Positions 35,894-49,300 of a stretch of DNA of 64,000 nt are shown piece by piece (the stretch's first letter is position 1; each line of letters starts with the position of its first letter). The notes below the pieces were generated by a model that was given only the letters and a program-made list of their open reading frames with translations, searched no databases and had not been told where the DNA came from. Origin of the DNA: Protoeuglena noctilucae. Lineage: Eukaryota. Both the position numbers and the translations under genes were made by a program. The DNA lies in contig OY253681.1 of assembly GCA_958009085.1 (NCBI GenBank), positions 868,001 through 932,000 of the forward strand, written 5' to 3'.

Positions 35894-38800
35894 TCACGCA
35901 CCGCGCGCCTCTGCTGCGCGCAGCTGCGCCTCCGCGAGGAGCAGGAGCGACGCCACGTACTGGTCGGGGAGGTGATCCTGAATCATTGTGGGAGACAGCA
36001 GCATTCGACGGTAGCAGCGGGCCTCGGACTCAACGAGCACTGCGCAAGAGAGAAAACCGAAGGGTCCCAGGGTCGCACGCTGCAGGTGCCGCGGCATGAG
36101 CTGCTCCCGGCGCGGGTTTTCCACTCTCCCTCCGCACCTGGCTTAGCGACGACGATGTTGCGCTTCAACGGGGGCCCGCGCCTCCCCATCAACGCCTTGG
36201 CGTTCGCCGCCCCGTCGCTGCCACGCCGGCTCCCCTCCTCGACGTCCCCCTCGCTCCCCGACTCGTAGCCCCCGCCGCCCTCGTCCCCGCCTCCCCCCGC
36301 GTCCCCCTCGCTCCCCCGCCTGCCCCGCGCCTGCACGCCCCCATGTGCCGCTGCGCGACCCGGCAGATGCTTACCCAAAGGCGACCCCCAGGGGGACGCA
36401 GCTCGCGACGGAGACTGCCCGAACCCAGCCGCGGATCCGGGGGAGCCTCCCAGCGGCTTCATCTCCACCNNNNNNNNNNNNNNNNNNNNNNNNNNNNNNN
36501 NNNNNNNNNNNNNNNNNNNNNNNNNNNNNNNNNNNNNNNNNNNNNNNNNNNNNNNNNNNNNNNNNNNNNNNNNNNNNNNNNNNNNNNNNNNNNNNNNNNN
36601 NNNNNNNNNNNNNNNNNNNNNNNNNNNNNNNNNNNNNNNNNNNNNNNNNNNNNNNNNNNNNNNNNNNNNTCCGCCGCCTCTTCCAGCCCCCAGAGCTCCT
36701 CGGACGCCTCCTCGGCCATCGCGGCCAGCTCCACGCCCTCCGCGGCGCTCAGCGGCGCCCCGGCCGACCCCGCCCCCACCGCCGCCCCGTTGGCGCCCGC
36801 CCCCCACAGCGCCCCCGCCACCATCCCCGACACAACCCCGGCGAGGGACGCGGTGCCGCGCGCCAGGCTCGCCAGCGCCCAGCGCGCCGGCTCCGCGAGC
36901 GACACCTGCCGCAACTCCCCCACGAGCGTGTCGATGCTGCGCCCGCACAGCCGGGGGATCCAATCACTGCGCAGCACCACTGCGGGCGGTAAGCGATGCT
37001 TCTGAAGGTGAGAGAACAGCCTAACGAATGAAGCAAACGGAGCTTGGCGTTTGATGCAAGAGACATGCGCAGCGCAGCCGGGACAGGGCTGCCCGCGCCG
37101 ACGACGGGCACCAAGGCACTGGGCGGCGTCACGGAGGGCGAGAGGGACGCTTGTATGGCTCCTGTCGCGGCTCACCTGACGTGATCCAGCTCTCGGTCCA
37201 AGCAGCCGTGTACTTGTCGACCACGGGGGGCGTGGCGAACCCCACGCACTCAATGCGGCGCCCGGGGCCGCCCACGATGCCCGGCTGGTCGCGCAGGAGC
37301 ATGGAGAGGAAGCAGACGACGCCGGCGCCCAGGGAGTGGCCTGAGATGAGAGGAAGGGTACGCTTGGCTGATGTGGCACAGTGCTATGGAAAGGACAGGA
37401 GGGGTACACGAGAGGTGCGGCGTGGTGCACATGAACACAGGGCGGCTGATGGAAGAGTTCTTGGACTTCGCTGGCCATGCGTCCCGTGTGCTGCGCGCCC
37501 TCACCGGTGATGAGCAATGGCCATCCGTCGAACTCGGGAGAGGCCGTAACGCCCTCCAGGAGGTTCGCCACGCTCTGGAGCACAAACATGGCCGACGTGA
37601 AGATGCCGTCGTGCACCAGCATGCGCCGACCGCTGCGAGCAACACGCGATGAGGAATATGGAATCGAATAGGGGCCATCCCGCTCCATGCAAAAGCTCTT
37701 TATAGCTTTCCATAGCAGCAAGCTATCCCACGCAGTGCCTTGTCCCAGGTTTCATTGTTGACCATGGCGCCACCCAACTCCCCCTCATCACTCCCCCTGC
37801 CACGGCGCCCCTCACCACAGCTGCGCCTCGACGGACTTGCATGCGAGATCAGTGAGCATGTCTCCCAGCTGCATCGAACCCCGCACCGCCAGCACGATGA
37901 CGCGCCGGGCGCGGTCAACTGCCAGGAAGTGCGCGGGGCGGTAGGCCGAGGCGTCGGGGTAGCTGAGCAGCACGTCCGACTCGGGGATGCCCGACAGCCG
38001 CGACACGGATCGCAGCTTGGCGGCGGGGGAGGCCGACAGCAGAGCGCGCATCTCCGGTAGCGACGCAGGGTTGGTGAGGCGCTGCATGGAGCTGAGGAAC
38101 CCCGCCTCGCAGAGGGGGCCGTAGGTGGCGCGCGCCATCACGGCGGCGTAGAGCAGCTCCCGGACGCTGAGGGGGGCGCCGGGGCCGCCCGCCCCGCCCC
38201 ACGCAACGCCGCCCTCGCCCTCCGCCCCGACCTGCAGGAAGGGCATCCCGGTCTCGGCGCCGCTGTCCCGGGGGCCGAAACCGTGCAGGCCCGCGGCGCA
38301 CTGTCCCGACGGTTCGCCGATCTTCGATAGATCCGCCATCTCCACCACGCCGGCGCCGTCGCCATTCGCAACGCGGGTGCCCTGCCCGCCCAGCGTGGGG
38401 AAGCGAAGGGTCAGGCCGAGGTGGCCAGTGCCCAGGTCCATGTCGCTTGACACTCCCGGCGGGGGGGGGTCCCGGGGGGGATCCCTGCGCGGGGAGAAGC
38501 GAGGGCGTCGCGTGTGAGTTGGCGACAGCGGGTGACGGGTGGCTGCGCAGGGGCGTGGCACTCGGTGGCGCTGGCAAGCAGGGTCGTCTCGACTCTAAAC
38601 ATGTGCAAATGACGAGACGCTGGCGCCTCGACCCCTTTGGATGAAACTCATTCAGGGTGCCTGCACCCATCACGCCTCGGTCAGACCCACCCCGCTCGCC
38701 TGGACATGCGCCCCTGCGCGCCGGCGAGCAGCGACGCGCGCACGAACTCGATCGCGCCCCGCGACGGCGGGTCCCCGACGGCCGGGCGTCTCGCAAAAAT

Positions 38801-39601
38801 TGCCTCCTCCTCCGCGGCCACCTGGGGCCCATGGCGGTGCATCAGGCGCATCCAGCTGAAGGGCTCCAGGGGGATGTCCAGGAGAGATCGCCACTGCAAG
38901 ATCTCCTCCACCACGTCCACCAGGCTGCTGATGGCCCTGTGGGACAGGTGAAGACCAGGCGGGGTTCTAACCCTGTCCTGCACCCACGCTCTCGGCTGCG
39001 ATAAGGGGGGTCCGCATGCGCAGGCGCTGCGCTCACCGCATGCCGGCCTCGGGACGGGCGTCCTGGGCCCCCAGCCGCATGAGCACGTTCTCCAGATGCC
39101 GAATCTGCCCGGCACGGGAACGCTTGGCCCCCGGGGGGAGGCGGAACCACGAGCCCCCCCATCCTCCGCCCGCCTGCGACTGCGCATGTACCTCCTGCAG
39201 CTCCGCGGCCTCCTGCGTTGTAGCCGCGTGAGCCCGGGCGCCCGCGCGAGCGTCGGTTGCGGCGGGTGCGCCTGGCTTGTCCATGCCGATCAGGCGCTCG
39301 CTCGCAGACCTGCGAGAAGTGGTCGCTGCATAGATAAGGAATCAACGGAGCGCGGTGTGGTCGGACGAGGGGCTTTGGAGCGCATCTCTCACCGCATCAT
39401 GCGCTGCAGCCCCTCCCACGTCCACGCCGCGGGCGACGCGGTGCTTGGCGCGGCCGACGCATCGGCGATGGTATCTTCTGATCTATCGATAATGCCGGGA
39501 CGCACTTTCGCCGCAGACGAAGCGACAGCGTGCCCGGGCCGCGCCCCGTTGACGAAGGGCGCCCCGGCCTCGTGCTCGTCGCCGAGGGGATTCGCGGCCA
39601 T
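35894..39601 (-). CDS. class 3 lipase (diacylglycerol-lipase-like), interrupted by an assembly gap
   Basis: HFLAVDRARRVIVLAVRGS..DMLTD, VHDGI, ITG|HSLGAG (GxSxG split by an intron), GFATPP, DWIPRL, and C-terminal LSPTMIQDHLP. Confidence 0.88.
36470..36669. other. assembly gap (200 N)
   Basis: Run of N inside the lipase gene. Confidence 1.
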
Positions 39602-40336
39602 GATGTCTACGACGAGTGAGATGCCAGCAGTTGACGCGGCGACCTCTGGCGCCTTACACAGCGCGGCTTGGTGCGGCAGCGCGCGTCACAGACATGCTGG
39701 CGAGGGGAGGTGAAGCCAAGGGACGGGCGGGTCAAAGCAGGAAAGGCAGGTTCGGCGGAATGGCGGAGAACAGGGAATATCTGAGGCCACGGCGTGCTGC
39801 CACGAGCGTGTCCCTATGCAAAAGCATGGAAAACCCTTTGCTAGAAACGCGTCCTAACCCCCAAAGCCACTCGCTTTCACGAGCTGCCATCAGTGTGTTG
39901 TAGTAGGTGTAGTTTTCTAACCCCTGGTGCCGGACTCGCACCAGGGCGTGGCATTTTTGCGGACCCCCGCGCCGGATTGACATCCGCAAGGATGGACGGG
40001 GGCTCCAGCCAGGGCGGGAGTGGTTACGACCAAAGGCGAGTCCTGGGGGCATGGGGAGGCGGCGCCCAGTGACGGAGCGGTGGGCGTTTGGCTGCAGCAC
40101 TCATATCGCCACTTTCCGGCGACGGCTCGCCCCGCATTTGGTCGCCGTCTCTTTCATACCGTCGCTGGATGCTCCGGGCGCCCGTTTGGCCGCGAGCGTG
40201 GTGGGGATGCGCCGCAAGGTTCGCCGAAAGGGGCGGGCCTGCCGCGCCTTAGGAGCGTGTCCTGCGGCGTTCCGGTGTGCCTCTTTCGACGATATCGCTT
40301 AGATGAAATTGCATGCCGAGGTAGGGAGCCGAACAG

Positions 40337-43300
40337 ATGCTCTTCACGCTCGGGGCGGCCTCCGAGATGTCGAGCGCAGGTCGCGCCATCTCGCGCGACA
40401 GGGGGCAGCCGGGGGCTCGCACCGACAAATCTGGATTCCGTTTTTCCCGCGTCTCACTCGCGCGGGCCGTGGCAGGCCCGGGACCGCGAGGGAGGTCGTT
40501 GATTCGTTCGTTGGTGCCGCTGCGGCGGAGCGAGATGCTCTGCGGTCCGTCTCCTTGCTCCAGAAGTGACCTCATCGAGCCTCGGCCGTCTCCTCGCTCC
40601 TCCCTGGCATGTGAGACGCCGCGCCTCGATCGTCCGCCCCTCACCGGGGCGTACGACCATGCCCGCAGCTCCGTGGGCTCGCGGGATCGCGGCTCCGAGG
40701 CGGCGTCCTCCGCGGCGGGCATCTCGAACGGCGGGCAAGATGGGTACAACGACAAGCTGGGCAGCCGCGTGCTCCTGGCCGATTCCGTGTTCAACTACAT
40801 CGGCGCGGCGGAGAAGCTCAGCATTGAGAAGTCATGGAAGCTCCAGGTGCGCGCGCGGGGCGATCGCTGGGCTGCGTCTCGCGCGGGCGCCCTCACGAGG
40901 TTTCGTGGGCTGCGTTTGTGCCGCAGGGCCTCATCCTGCTCTACCAAGTCGTCTTCCTCGGCATCTACGCCATGCACCCGATGTGGGGGTACAAAATCTC
41001 CTGGGACAACCCCATCGGCCGCTGGGCGCTGCGCATCCAAGGCCACGGCTGGGCCACGGTGTCTCGCGACCCCAAGGTCCTGGTGAGAGCCTCCACCCAC
41101 ACCCACACCTGCGCCTCCGCCTCCGCCCCGGCCGCGCCGCACGTGCGCTCTCCGTGCCGAGCGTCCCTCCGCGCTTGCCTCCTCGCAGACGGGCCTGGCA
41201 TTGTGTGCCATTGTGGTGACGGTCCTGCACGCCCTCCTGGCCCTGCACGTCGGCCTTGTGGTGCGCCGGGGCAAGACGGTCCCCAAGGCCGAGCTCGTCA
41301 TCGCGCGTCTCTTTGAGCTCTTCTACTACAAGGTTTTTGGGTGAGTTTGAGCAGCGCATCTGAGCTGCGCTCCATCACACTTACGACACAGCGAGCGACG
41401 CTCTCAGCGTGACACCCCGCCCCATCCCCGCAGCCTCCCGGCCCTGGGCGTCCTGCTGGCGCCCCTTTCCTGCAACTGGTCGGGCCAGCTGGCGGGCAAG
41501 GCGTCCTCCAACATCTTCTTGCACTCAAGCCAATGCACAGGGACGCTCACCATCCTCGGCCTGGGCGGGCTGGCCGTCGCCGTCATCCTCCACGCCCCCA
41601 TGTACATCCTGCTGGCGGTCAAGGACTGCGAGCTCAACCCCATGACGCCCGTGCCCTTCTCGGGCGGCTCCATGCCCGCCATTGCGCGCATCGCGGTGCT
41701 CAAGGTCGTCTCGCTGGTGAGAGGGGTTACAGCCCTGCCTTGCGCTGACCCTGCCTTATGCTACCCTGTTCGCCTTGCGCTGCCCTGCCTGCCATGTACT
41801 GCCTGCCTGCCTTGCGCTTCCCTGCCCAAGCTCCAGCCCATTTGCCCCCGCAGCTTGTGCTGCACCTGCTGACGGGCGTGGTGCCCGTCCTGTCGGCCGT
41901 CATCATCGTCCTCCTCTGGGCGTGGGCCGTCTACGTCACGGTCATGCGCCTGCCCTACCTCGGCCACGCCCACTCCCGTTTCCGCGCCTTCTGCGCCGGC
42001 GCCATCGCGGGCGGATTTGTCGCCTCGGCCGTCCAGGTCGGCGGCCACAACGCCGTCGTCGTGCTGGCCGTCCTCGCGCCCGTCGGGGGCCTCGCTGCAC
42101 AGTGGCGCGCCCTGGCTCGCATGCGCGGGGCCGTGGCGGTCGTGGCCAAGTTCAAGGAGATCCGCAAGACGCTCGTGCAGACGGACGAGCGCGTGCACAA
42201 GTACTTTGACCAGGAAGACCCAGAGGTGAGCGGTGGCGACGCAGGCAGGGACATTGCTGGCACTCAGCCGTGGCACATCGCGGCCCCTGCCAGGTCCCCA
42301 CCGCATGCATCGATCTCCGCGTCCCACAGCCTCCTCGCAGCTCGACGATGCCACGACATGTCATCTCGTTATGTCCCTGCAAGCAATACGGCCGAATCCC
42401 CCTCTCTCCTGCTCCCCAGCTCATCGTGCGCTCCCTGCGCAAGACGGACGCCCAGCGCGTGGTGGACCCGGAGGACATGGGCGGGTGCTTCTCGGCCGTA
42501 AACCACGCCCTGTCGCACTTCCCCGACAGCGCCGAGGCGGTGCTGGCCATGGCCATCGTCCAGGCGTTCGGGCAGAACGACGTCCACTCCGCACACTCGT
42601 CGGTGCAGAAGGCGCGCGGGATGCCCGTGTCGCTGGTGAGCCGCGCTTTGACAAGAAACTGATCAAACTTCCCGTGCTGGAAGTGGTTCTTGCATTGCTC
42701 ACGATAATCGCTGTTTGCGTTTGCAAGTCCCCTGGCTGTCGTGTCGGCGTGCATCGGGGCTCTCTGAGATCTTTCCATCCTGGTCACCCCGCAGAGCGTG
42801 CGCGTCGAGCTGTTGACGCTCGAGAAGGAGCTGCGGAAGCGGCAGAGCTCCACCTCCGGCGACAGCATGGACTGGAGCACGTACGTCGAGCTGCAGAACC
42901 GATTGCGAGTGATCGTCCAGACCCACAAGTGAGGGGCGACTGTGTTATCGGGACTGCTACATGCGCTGCCACATCGGGCGCGTCCACTGCTACCCTCTTG
43001 GGTGACACATGACATGCACAACTTGCCTTTCTTGATCCCACCCGTACTCCCCACTCCAATCGTCCCCAGGAAGGCCATCGAGACGTCCCGCGACGTGTGG
43101 AAGGCCCTGCTCAAGAGCGAGATCGGCATCGACGACGTGGCCGCTGCCCTGAGGCGCATGGACAAGCACGAGTCGGCAGCTGAGGCCGTGTACAAGGCCA
43201 TGATCAGCCGCCACAGCACCTACCCTAAGCTACTGCAGGCGAGGCTGGACTGACAAGCGAGCACCGGCAGCTCTAGCGCAAGCGCGGCGGGCTGACAACA

Positions 43301-46300
43301 TCGCAAATGTACTGCAGGAGTGACCACCGCACGTTGGTGACCCTGCGACTCCATGGCTCCCCGCAGATGTACGGCAAGTTTTTGGAGGACCTGCAGGACA
43401 ACACGGGCCTGGCGATGCAGTACTTCCAGGAGGCGGAGCGGCTGGAGGACGCGGCTGCGGCGCGGAATGAGGCGGCGCAGGCCGAGGAGACGGCGGGGGA
43501 GGTGACGATGAAGGACCGCCCGTCCCTGACCAACATCGACGAGGCGCGGGATAGCGTGGTGGTGATCGACCCCGAGGGGGTGATTAACTTCACCAACGGC
43601 AATATGACCAAGCTGTTCGGCTACAAGCGCGGGGAGCTCGTGGGCCGCAACGTGTCCACGCTCATGCCCCAGCCCTTCAGCCAGCAGCACGACCGGTTCG
43701 TCAAGAACTACACCCTGACCGGGCAGCCCCGCATCCTCAACCGCGTCATGCCCTTCGTGGCGCTGCACCAGACCGGCATACTCTTCCCCATCACCGCATG
43801 CATCACCAAGATCTCCCAGGTGCGAGGGCGGTGTCGCATAGCATGCATCAGCTGCGAGAGGGGTGAAGCACAGCATTCATAGCCAAGATTCACCATGTGC
43901 AGTGCATAGCTCGGTGACCGGCCGGGCTTCAACCCTCCACGCATCTCCCCAGCACCGCTGCACTTACCTCAACCATGTGCCCATGCGTAACCCCACGAAC
44001 CCCCCTGACACCCCACCAACCCTTCTCCGCCCCCTTGAATGCAGAACGGCCGTGATGGTTTTATGGGCGTCATCCGCGCGCGCGAGACGGACGACTCCGA
44101 GGCGGTGCTGTACCTGTCCGCGTCGTGCCAAGTGGTGTCGGTGACCAAGCCCTTCGTGTCGCTGTGCGGGTGGAACCTGCAGCAGCTGCAGGCGCAGGAG
44201 ATCAACGTGCTCTTCCCGGACGAGGCCGGGCTGCGGGCCACGATGGGCGCCGCCACGCAGGAGTGCGGGGACGAGGCGCCCCCGTCCTTCAAGACCCACG
44301 TGCAGTCGCGGTTCGGCGAGCGCTTCGACGCGCGCGTGCTCGTCACCTGGGTGGGGAGCAACGAGACGCGACTGTTCATCCTGCGCGTGGCGCGAACGAG
44401 CGAGGAGCCGCCCCTGGTGGTGCTGGGCCCCCACAGCGAGATCCTGAGCCACAACACGGCCTTCAAGCGCCTGTGCGGGCAGAACGAGAAGACCCTGCTC
44501 GGCGCGGGCATCGCCAAGGTCCTCGCCTACCCGTGCGCGGCCATTTTCGGCAGCCGGCTCGACAAGCTGGGCGACGACGCGCAGGCACGCGCGGCGGCCA
44601 TCGACCAGAAGATCGTCCGCATTCCCTGGAAGAACGCCCAGGGGTTCGTCTACTCGCAAATCACGCTGCTCAGCAAGGGCGAGGGCGAGGACGGGGAGCC
44701 GCAGTTCACCTTCCGGTTCCAGTACCTGGAGCGAGGTGAGGGGTGGTGGGTGGGGTGGCGTGGGTGGCTGGGCGCTGTCGATGGCATGAACCAAGGGCCT
44801 TTTGTCATGACAGGGGCCTGTCGCTGGCACAGGCCATGACCTTGTCTCTGACACCGGGCTTGTCCATGGCTTCCCCCGTAGAGCTCGCATTGATGATGCA
44901 CTTTAGCCTTTGGCATATCCCGCGCGCTCGTCCCGTCTTCCTGCAGGCGCCGAGGACCACGCGGCCGTGACACTGTCGGTGGACGGGCAGGGCGTGGTGA
45001 CGGACGCCACGCAGCACTGCCAGTGCACGACGCCCGCGTTCGGCTTCACGTCCGAGGGCCTCACGGGGCAGCCGCTGAACAAGGTCATCCTCATGCGCGG
45101 GCCCATGGAGCCCTTCATGAGCGCCTGGGTCGAGGCCACGCGCGCCCCGCCCTTCCAGTCCGAGTCGCAGCTCGTGTCGGTCCGCCACGCCAACGGGTCC
45201 ATGCGCTTCGGCATCGCCTACTTCAACGCCGACTACGAGCTCGTCGGGCAGGGCCGCGACGCCAAGCCCGTCGGCGAGCCCTCCCTCTCCATCACCCTCT
45301 ACTGCCTCGACTTCCTGCCGGTCGTGCTCGACATGCACGACGACACCTCCATCCGCCACGTCTATGGCTCCATCCGCCTGCTCTCCGGGCAGTCCGGGGA
45401 GGAGCTGACGACCCGCCCGGGCGCCTCGGTGCTCCCGCAGCTCTTCCGCCAGGCCGGGAGGTCGGCGGACGCCCTCCTGCTGCTCCCTGGCCAGCGCCGC
45501 GCCGCCAGCAACAAGCACAAGCACGTCGTGGGCAGCGAGCAGTACTCGGAGGGCATGTCGGGGCCCCTGGGCGTCAAGGTCACGTGCCAGGCGGCCCGCA
45601 TCCAGGGGACCAAGGACACGGTCATGATGCTGCTGGAGCCCACGGGGCCGTCCCCCGGCCCGGTCAAGGCGCCCGTCGCGCGGGCGTTCGTCCCGGGCCT
45701 CGACGACGTGCACGTGCAGCGCGCAGGGCGCAAAGGCAAGGAGGGGGCGGCCGCGGAGGGCGGCGAGGCGGAGGGGGCGGCTGCGGAGGGTGCGGCTGGC
45801 CAGGATGCTAAGCAGGACGGGGCAGCGGAGCAGGGCGAGGACGGGGCCGGGCAGGTCGCTGCGGCGGCGGTGGAGTCGGGCCACGACGCTGCGGGGGCGG
45901 AGGGTGCTACGGCGGGTGCGGCTGGCGCCGAGGGCGGTGCGGATGAGAAGGGCAAGGACAACGGCCTGATGCGCGGGGCTGCGGAGGGGCGGGAGGGCGA
46001 GGGCAGCCAGGAGGGCAAGGCGCCTGCGGGGGAGGCGGGGACGGAGCCCCCCCGGGTGTCCCGCTACACGGCGGGCGGTCGGCTGAGCGGCTCGTCTCAC
46101 GGGGACAGCGACGAGGAGGGCGGGGGCGGCGAGCGGCAGGGCTTCGCGTACCAACGGATGAAGGACTGGGTGGACCACGACGGGTCGACGCACAAGCAGA
46201 GCATGGGGCCGGCGGAGCTCTTCACGGAGCCGGCGTCGCTGACGGGCGCCGCCATCTCGCGGCTGCAGGAGTCGCTGCTCCAGGCGGGGAGGGCCGACAG

Positions 46301-49300
46301 CGCAGGCGAGAGTTGCACGCAGGCCGGGATTGCACAATGGGGGGCTTTACCCCTCGTTTGGGCACTGTCGTGGCCGCCTTGCCTCCCTGCACGCGCTCCG
46401 CTCGCTTGCGCTGCCCACAACCTCGTGCCTGGTTGCTCACGCATCCCTGTCCTTCTCCCTTCCCCCAGGCGTCGCCAGCCCCGCCGTCCTCGACAGCGGC
46501 CGGCAGACGGTCCAGGCTGCCCACGCCTCCGCCCATGGTGCTGCCCATGCCTCTGCCCACGCCTCTGCTCACGCGGCCGCCCCCACGCGCCAGGTGTCGG
46601 GTGCTCTGAGCGGCGAGGAGGAGCCCGCCGCGGAGCAGCCGGGCAAGCTGGGCAGGGCCGACAGCATATGCGCGCGGCACAAGCCGACTCGCATGGCGTC
46701 CGGCACCCGCCTGGTTGCAAAGCGCGACCACGAGGACGAAGACGATGATGTGGATGACGGTGCGGTGGTGGCCACTGCGGCCCCTGCCCCCGGGAAGCTG
46801 GGGAGCTCTGAGGAGAAGACCAAGTCGGACGACGGCGGAGAGGACCTGGTGGATAGCCAGTCGCAGGGAGACGACGAGGAGGGCCGCGAGGATGCGGTGG
46901 GCGGTGGCGACAGCGACAAGGACGCTCATGGTGGGGAGGACGGGATGTTCGTGGAAGGTGCCAAGAAGGGCCTGCCGACGACGGAGGCCTCTAAGCGGGA
47001 GTCCGGGGAGTCTTCCCGCAAGAGCAGCGCCAGCGCGATGAGCGAGGGCGTGGGGGAGGGTCCGCGCATGGTGGTGGAGGGGGAGGAAGACATGGGGGGA
47101 TTGGAGCTGCTGGAACACGAGACGGCGCAGGTGAGGGACTAGGGACTGAGCAACTGTTATGGTGTTGCAATGGGTAGCACATGTCACATGAGACGGCGCA
47201 GGTGACCTGAGCGAATGCGGGCCTGGCGAGTGGCACGACGCGGCACCCGTCGTCTGTGCTATCGTCACTCGATGGCACCCATCTTTACGGTCAGGTCACT
47301 ACTCTCTGCTCGTCTTCACTCTTCTCCCCCGCCCCTCTCCCGCAGGCCCGCAGCCGCAAGTTCAAGCGCGTCTACGGCATGCTGTCGTCTCAAGTGATGA
47401 TGCGCCCCGTGACCATCGCCCGGCTGACCATGCTGGTCGTCTCCATGGTCATCATCGTCGTCCAGTGCATCGGGTTCAGCCAGATCCTCCTCCGCGTCCT
47501 TGAGCACAACAAGCTCAGCGCCTACGTGCAGAAGGCCGGGGCGGCACTCAAGGCGAGTTCCAACATGCGTGGGTGCCACCACTGCTCGATGATCGCTTAC
47601 CACGCCACACCGTGCACCTCTTATGTCACAGGTTCCCTTTGATAGTTACATAGACCATCTCATTGTCAACAAAGTCAACAAAGTTACCAGCGTCATGATT
47701 AAACTCTCCGCAGGACATCGTGGACATGAATGCACATTATTGATTTCGATAGATCTCGAATGACATTAACAATTCAATAGACGTCAACAATCTCAACCGC
47801 CATCTCCCTGCAGGACATCGTGGACATGAATGCACATTATTGATTTCGATAGATCTCGAATGACATTAACAATTCAATAGACGTCAACAATCTCAACCGC
47901 CATCTCCCTGCAGGACATCGTGGACATGAAGCGGTACGCCCGCCTGCTCCAGGGCCTGTCCGTGGGCACGCCCATCCCCGACTCGTCCCTGGAGCGCAAC
48001 CAGCAGCTCTTCCTCTCCTCCACCAACAACTTCCTCGATGCCCACAACGCCTTGTACCACACCGCCACCATGTTCAAGGACAAGAAGTGTCAGCCGCAGT
48101 TCAAGGCGAGATGACAAGCGGGGGGCGGCATGCCATTGCGCATGCTGTAACGAGGCGCTTTCCAATGCCATCCGCTGCCCTCAACTCCTAATCTGTTCGA
48201 CAAGCTAGTTCAGCAAGCTCGTCTGGCTGCGGCCGTCTGGTCACTACCCCTGGCATGGTCGCCGAACCCCCTCCCTCACCCCCCTGTGTGGCGCAGGACA
48301 TCTGGCTGACGATGAACCTGGGCGTGACAGACCTCACCACGTCCAGCTTCACCCTGGGCGGCGCCACGAAGGCCGTCACGACCAACCTGTGGGAGGCCGG
48401 CAACACGTACGCCAGCTACGGGCTGGAGCTGGCCAAGATGGGCCAGGCGGACATCAGCCAGGGGGACATCGCCCCGCTGGCGTCCTTCCAGTACCTCAAG
48501 GACAACGGGCTCGTCATCATCGCCGGGCGGTGAGGGGCGCGAGGGGCGGTGACTGTTAACTGCATGGAGATGCAGGGGTGGGTGGCAGGAGCTGTGACTG
48601 TTAATTGCGTGGGAATGCAGGGGCGGGTGGCAGGCACACAAGGAGCCCATCACAGCGCCACCGTAACTGCTGCATCCACCACCTCGCCTCACCTCCCACC
48701 CCTGTCACCACGCCATCTCACCTCCCACCTCCCATACCCTCCTCCCCAGCTACGAGGAGCTCCTTGGCACGCTGGTGTCCGTGACCAAGGCCAACCTGCT
48801 GCAGATGGGCGTGGTGGCCATAGTGTTCCTGGCAGTCAACCTGGGCGTGGTGGTGCCCATCGGCCTGGTTCTCATCCACCGCGGCATCTCCGCGTCCCTC
48901 CGCGTGCGTGCCAGCATGATGTCCATCCTGGTGGCCGTGCCGCGCCGGCTGCTGCTGGAGATGTCGCGCCGCCCCATCAACCTGGAGATGCTGGACGAGC
49001 TAGCCGAGAGGGACGAGGAGGAGGACTCCGCGGAAAAGAACGCCATGGCCGTCACGCAGACCGCGGGGATCTCGTCCAAGGCCATGCGGGTGCTGCTGTC
49101 GCAGAGGGTCGACTACGAACGCGTCAAGGGTGAGAGGGGCGCTGATGCGAGTTGGAGTGATATTGGCTAGTCGAGTGCAGTTGTGGGTGCAGTACTAGTG
49201 GAGGCAGGCAGAAAGGCTCAGCGACGCTTCCATGCACGTGCGCATGGGCATTACCACCCTGGCCCGCCACGCACACGCACCTCACCACCACGCTCTCCTC

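Noticed and set aside
38960..39925. Telomere-like CTAACCC/AAACCCT motifs
   Set aside because: Isolated single copies with no tandem array.
47711..47930. CRISPR-like repeat-spacer appearance here and at other echo arrays
   Set aside because: Eukaryotic intron, identical spacers, repeats equal to the host splice junction, and no cas genes.
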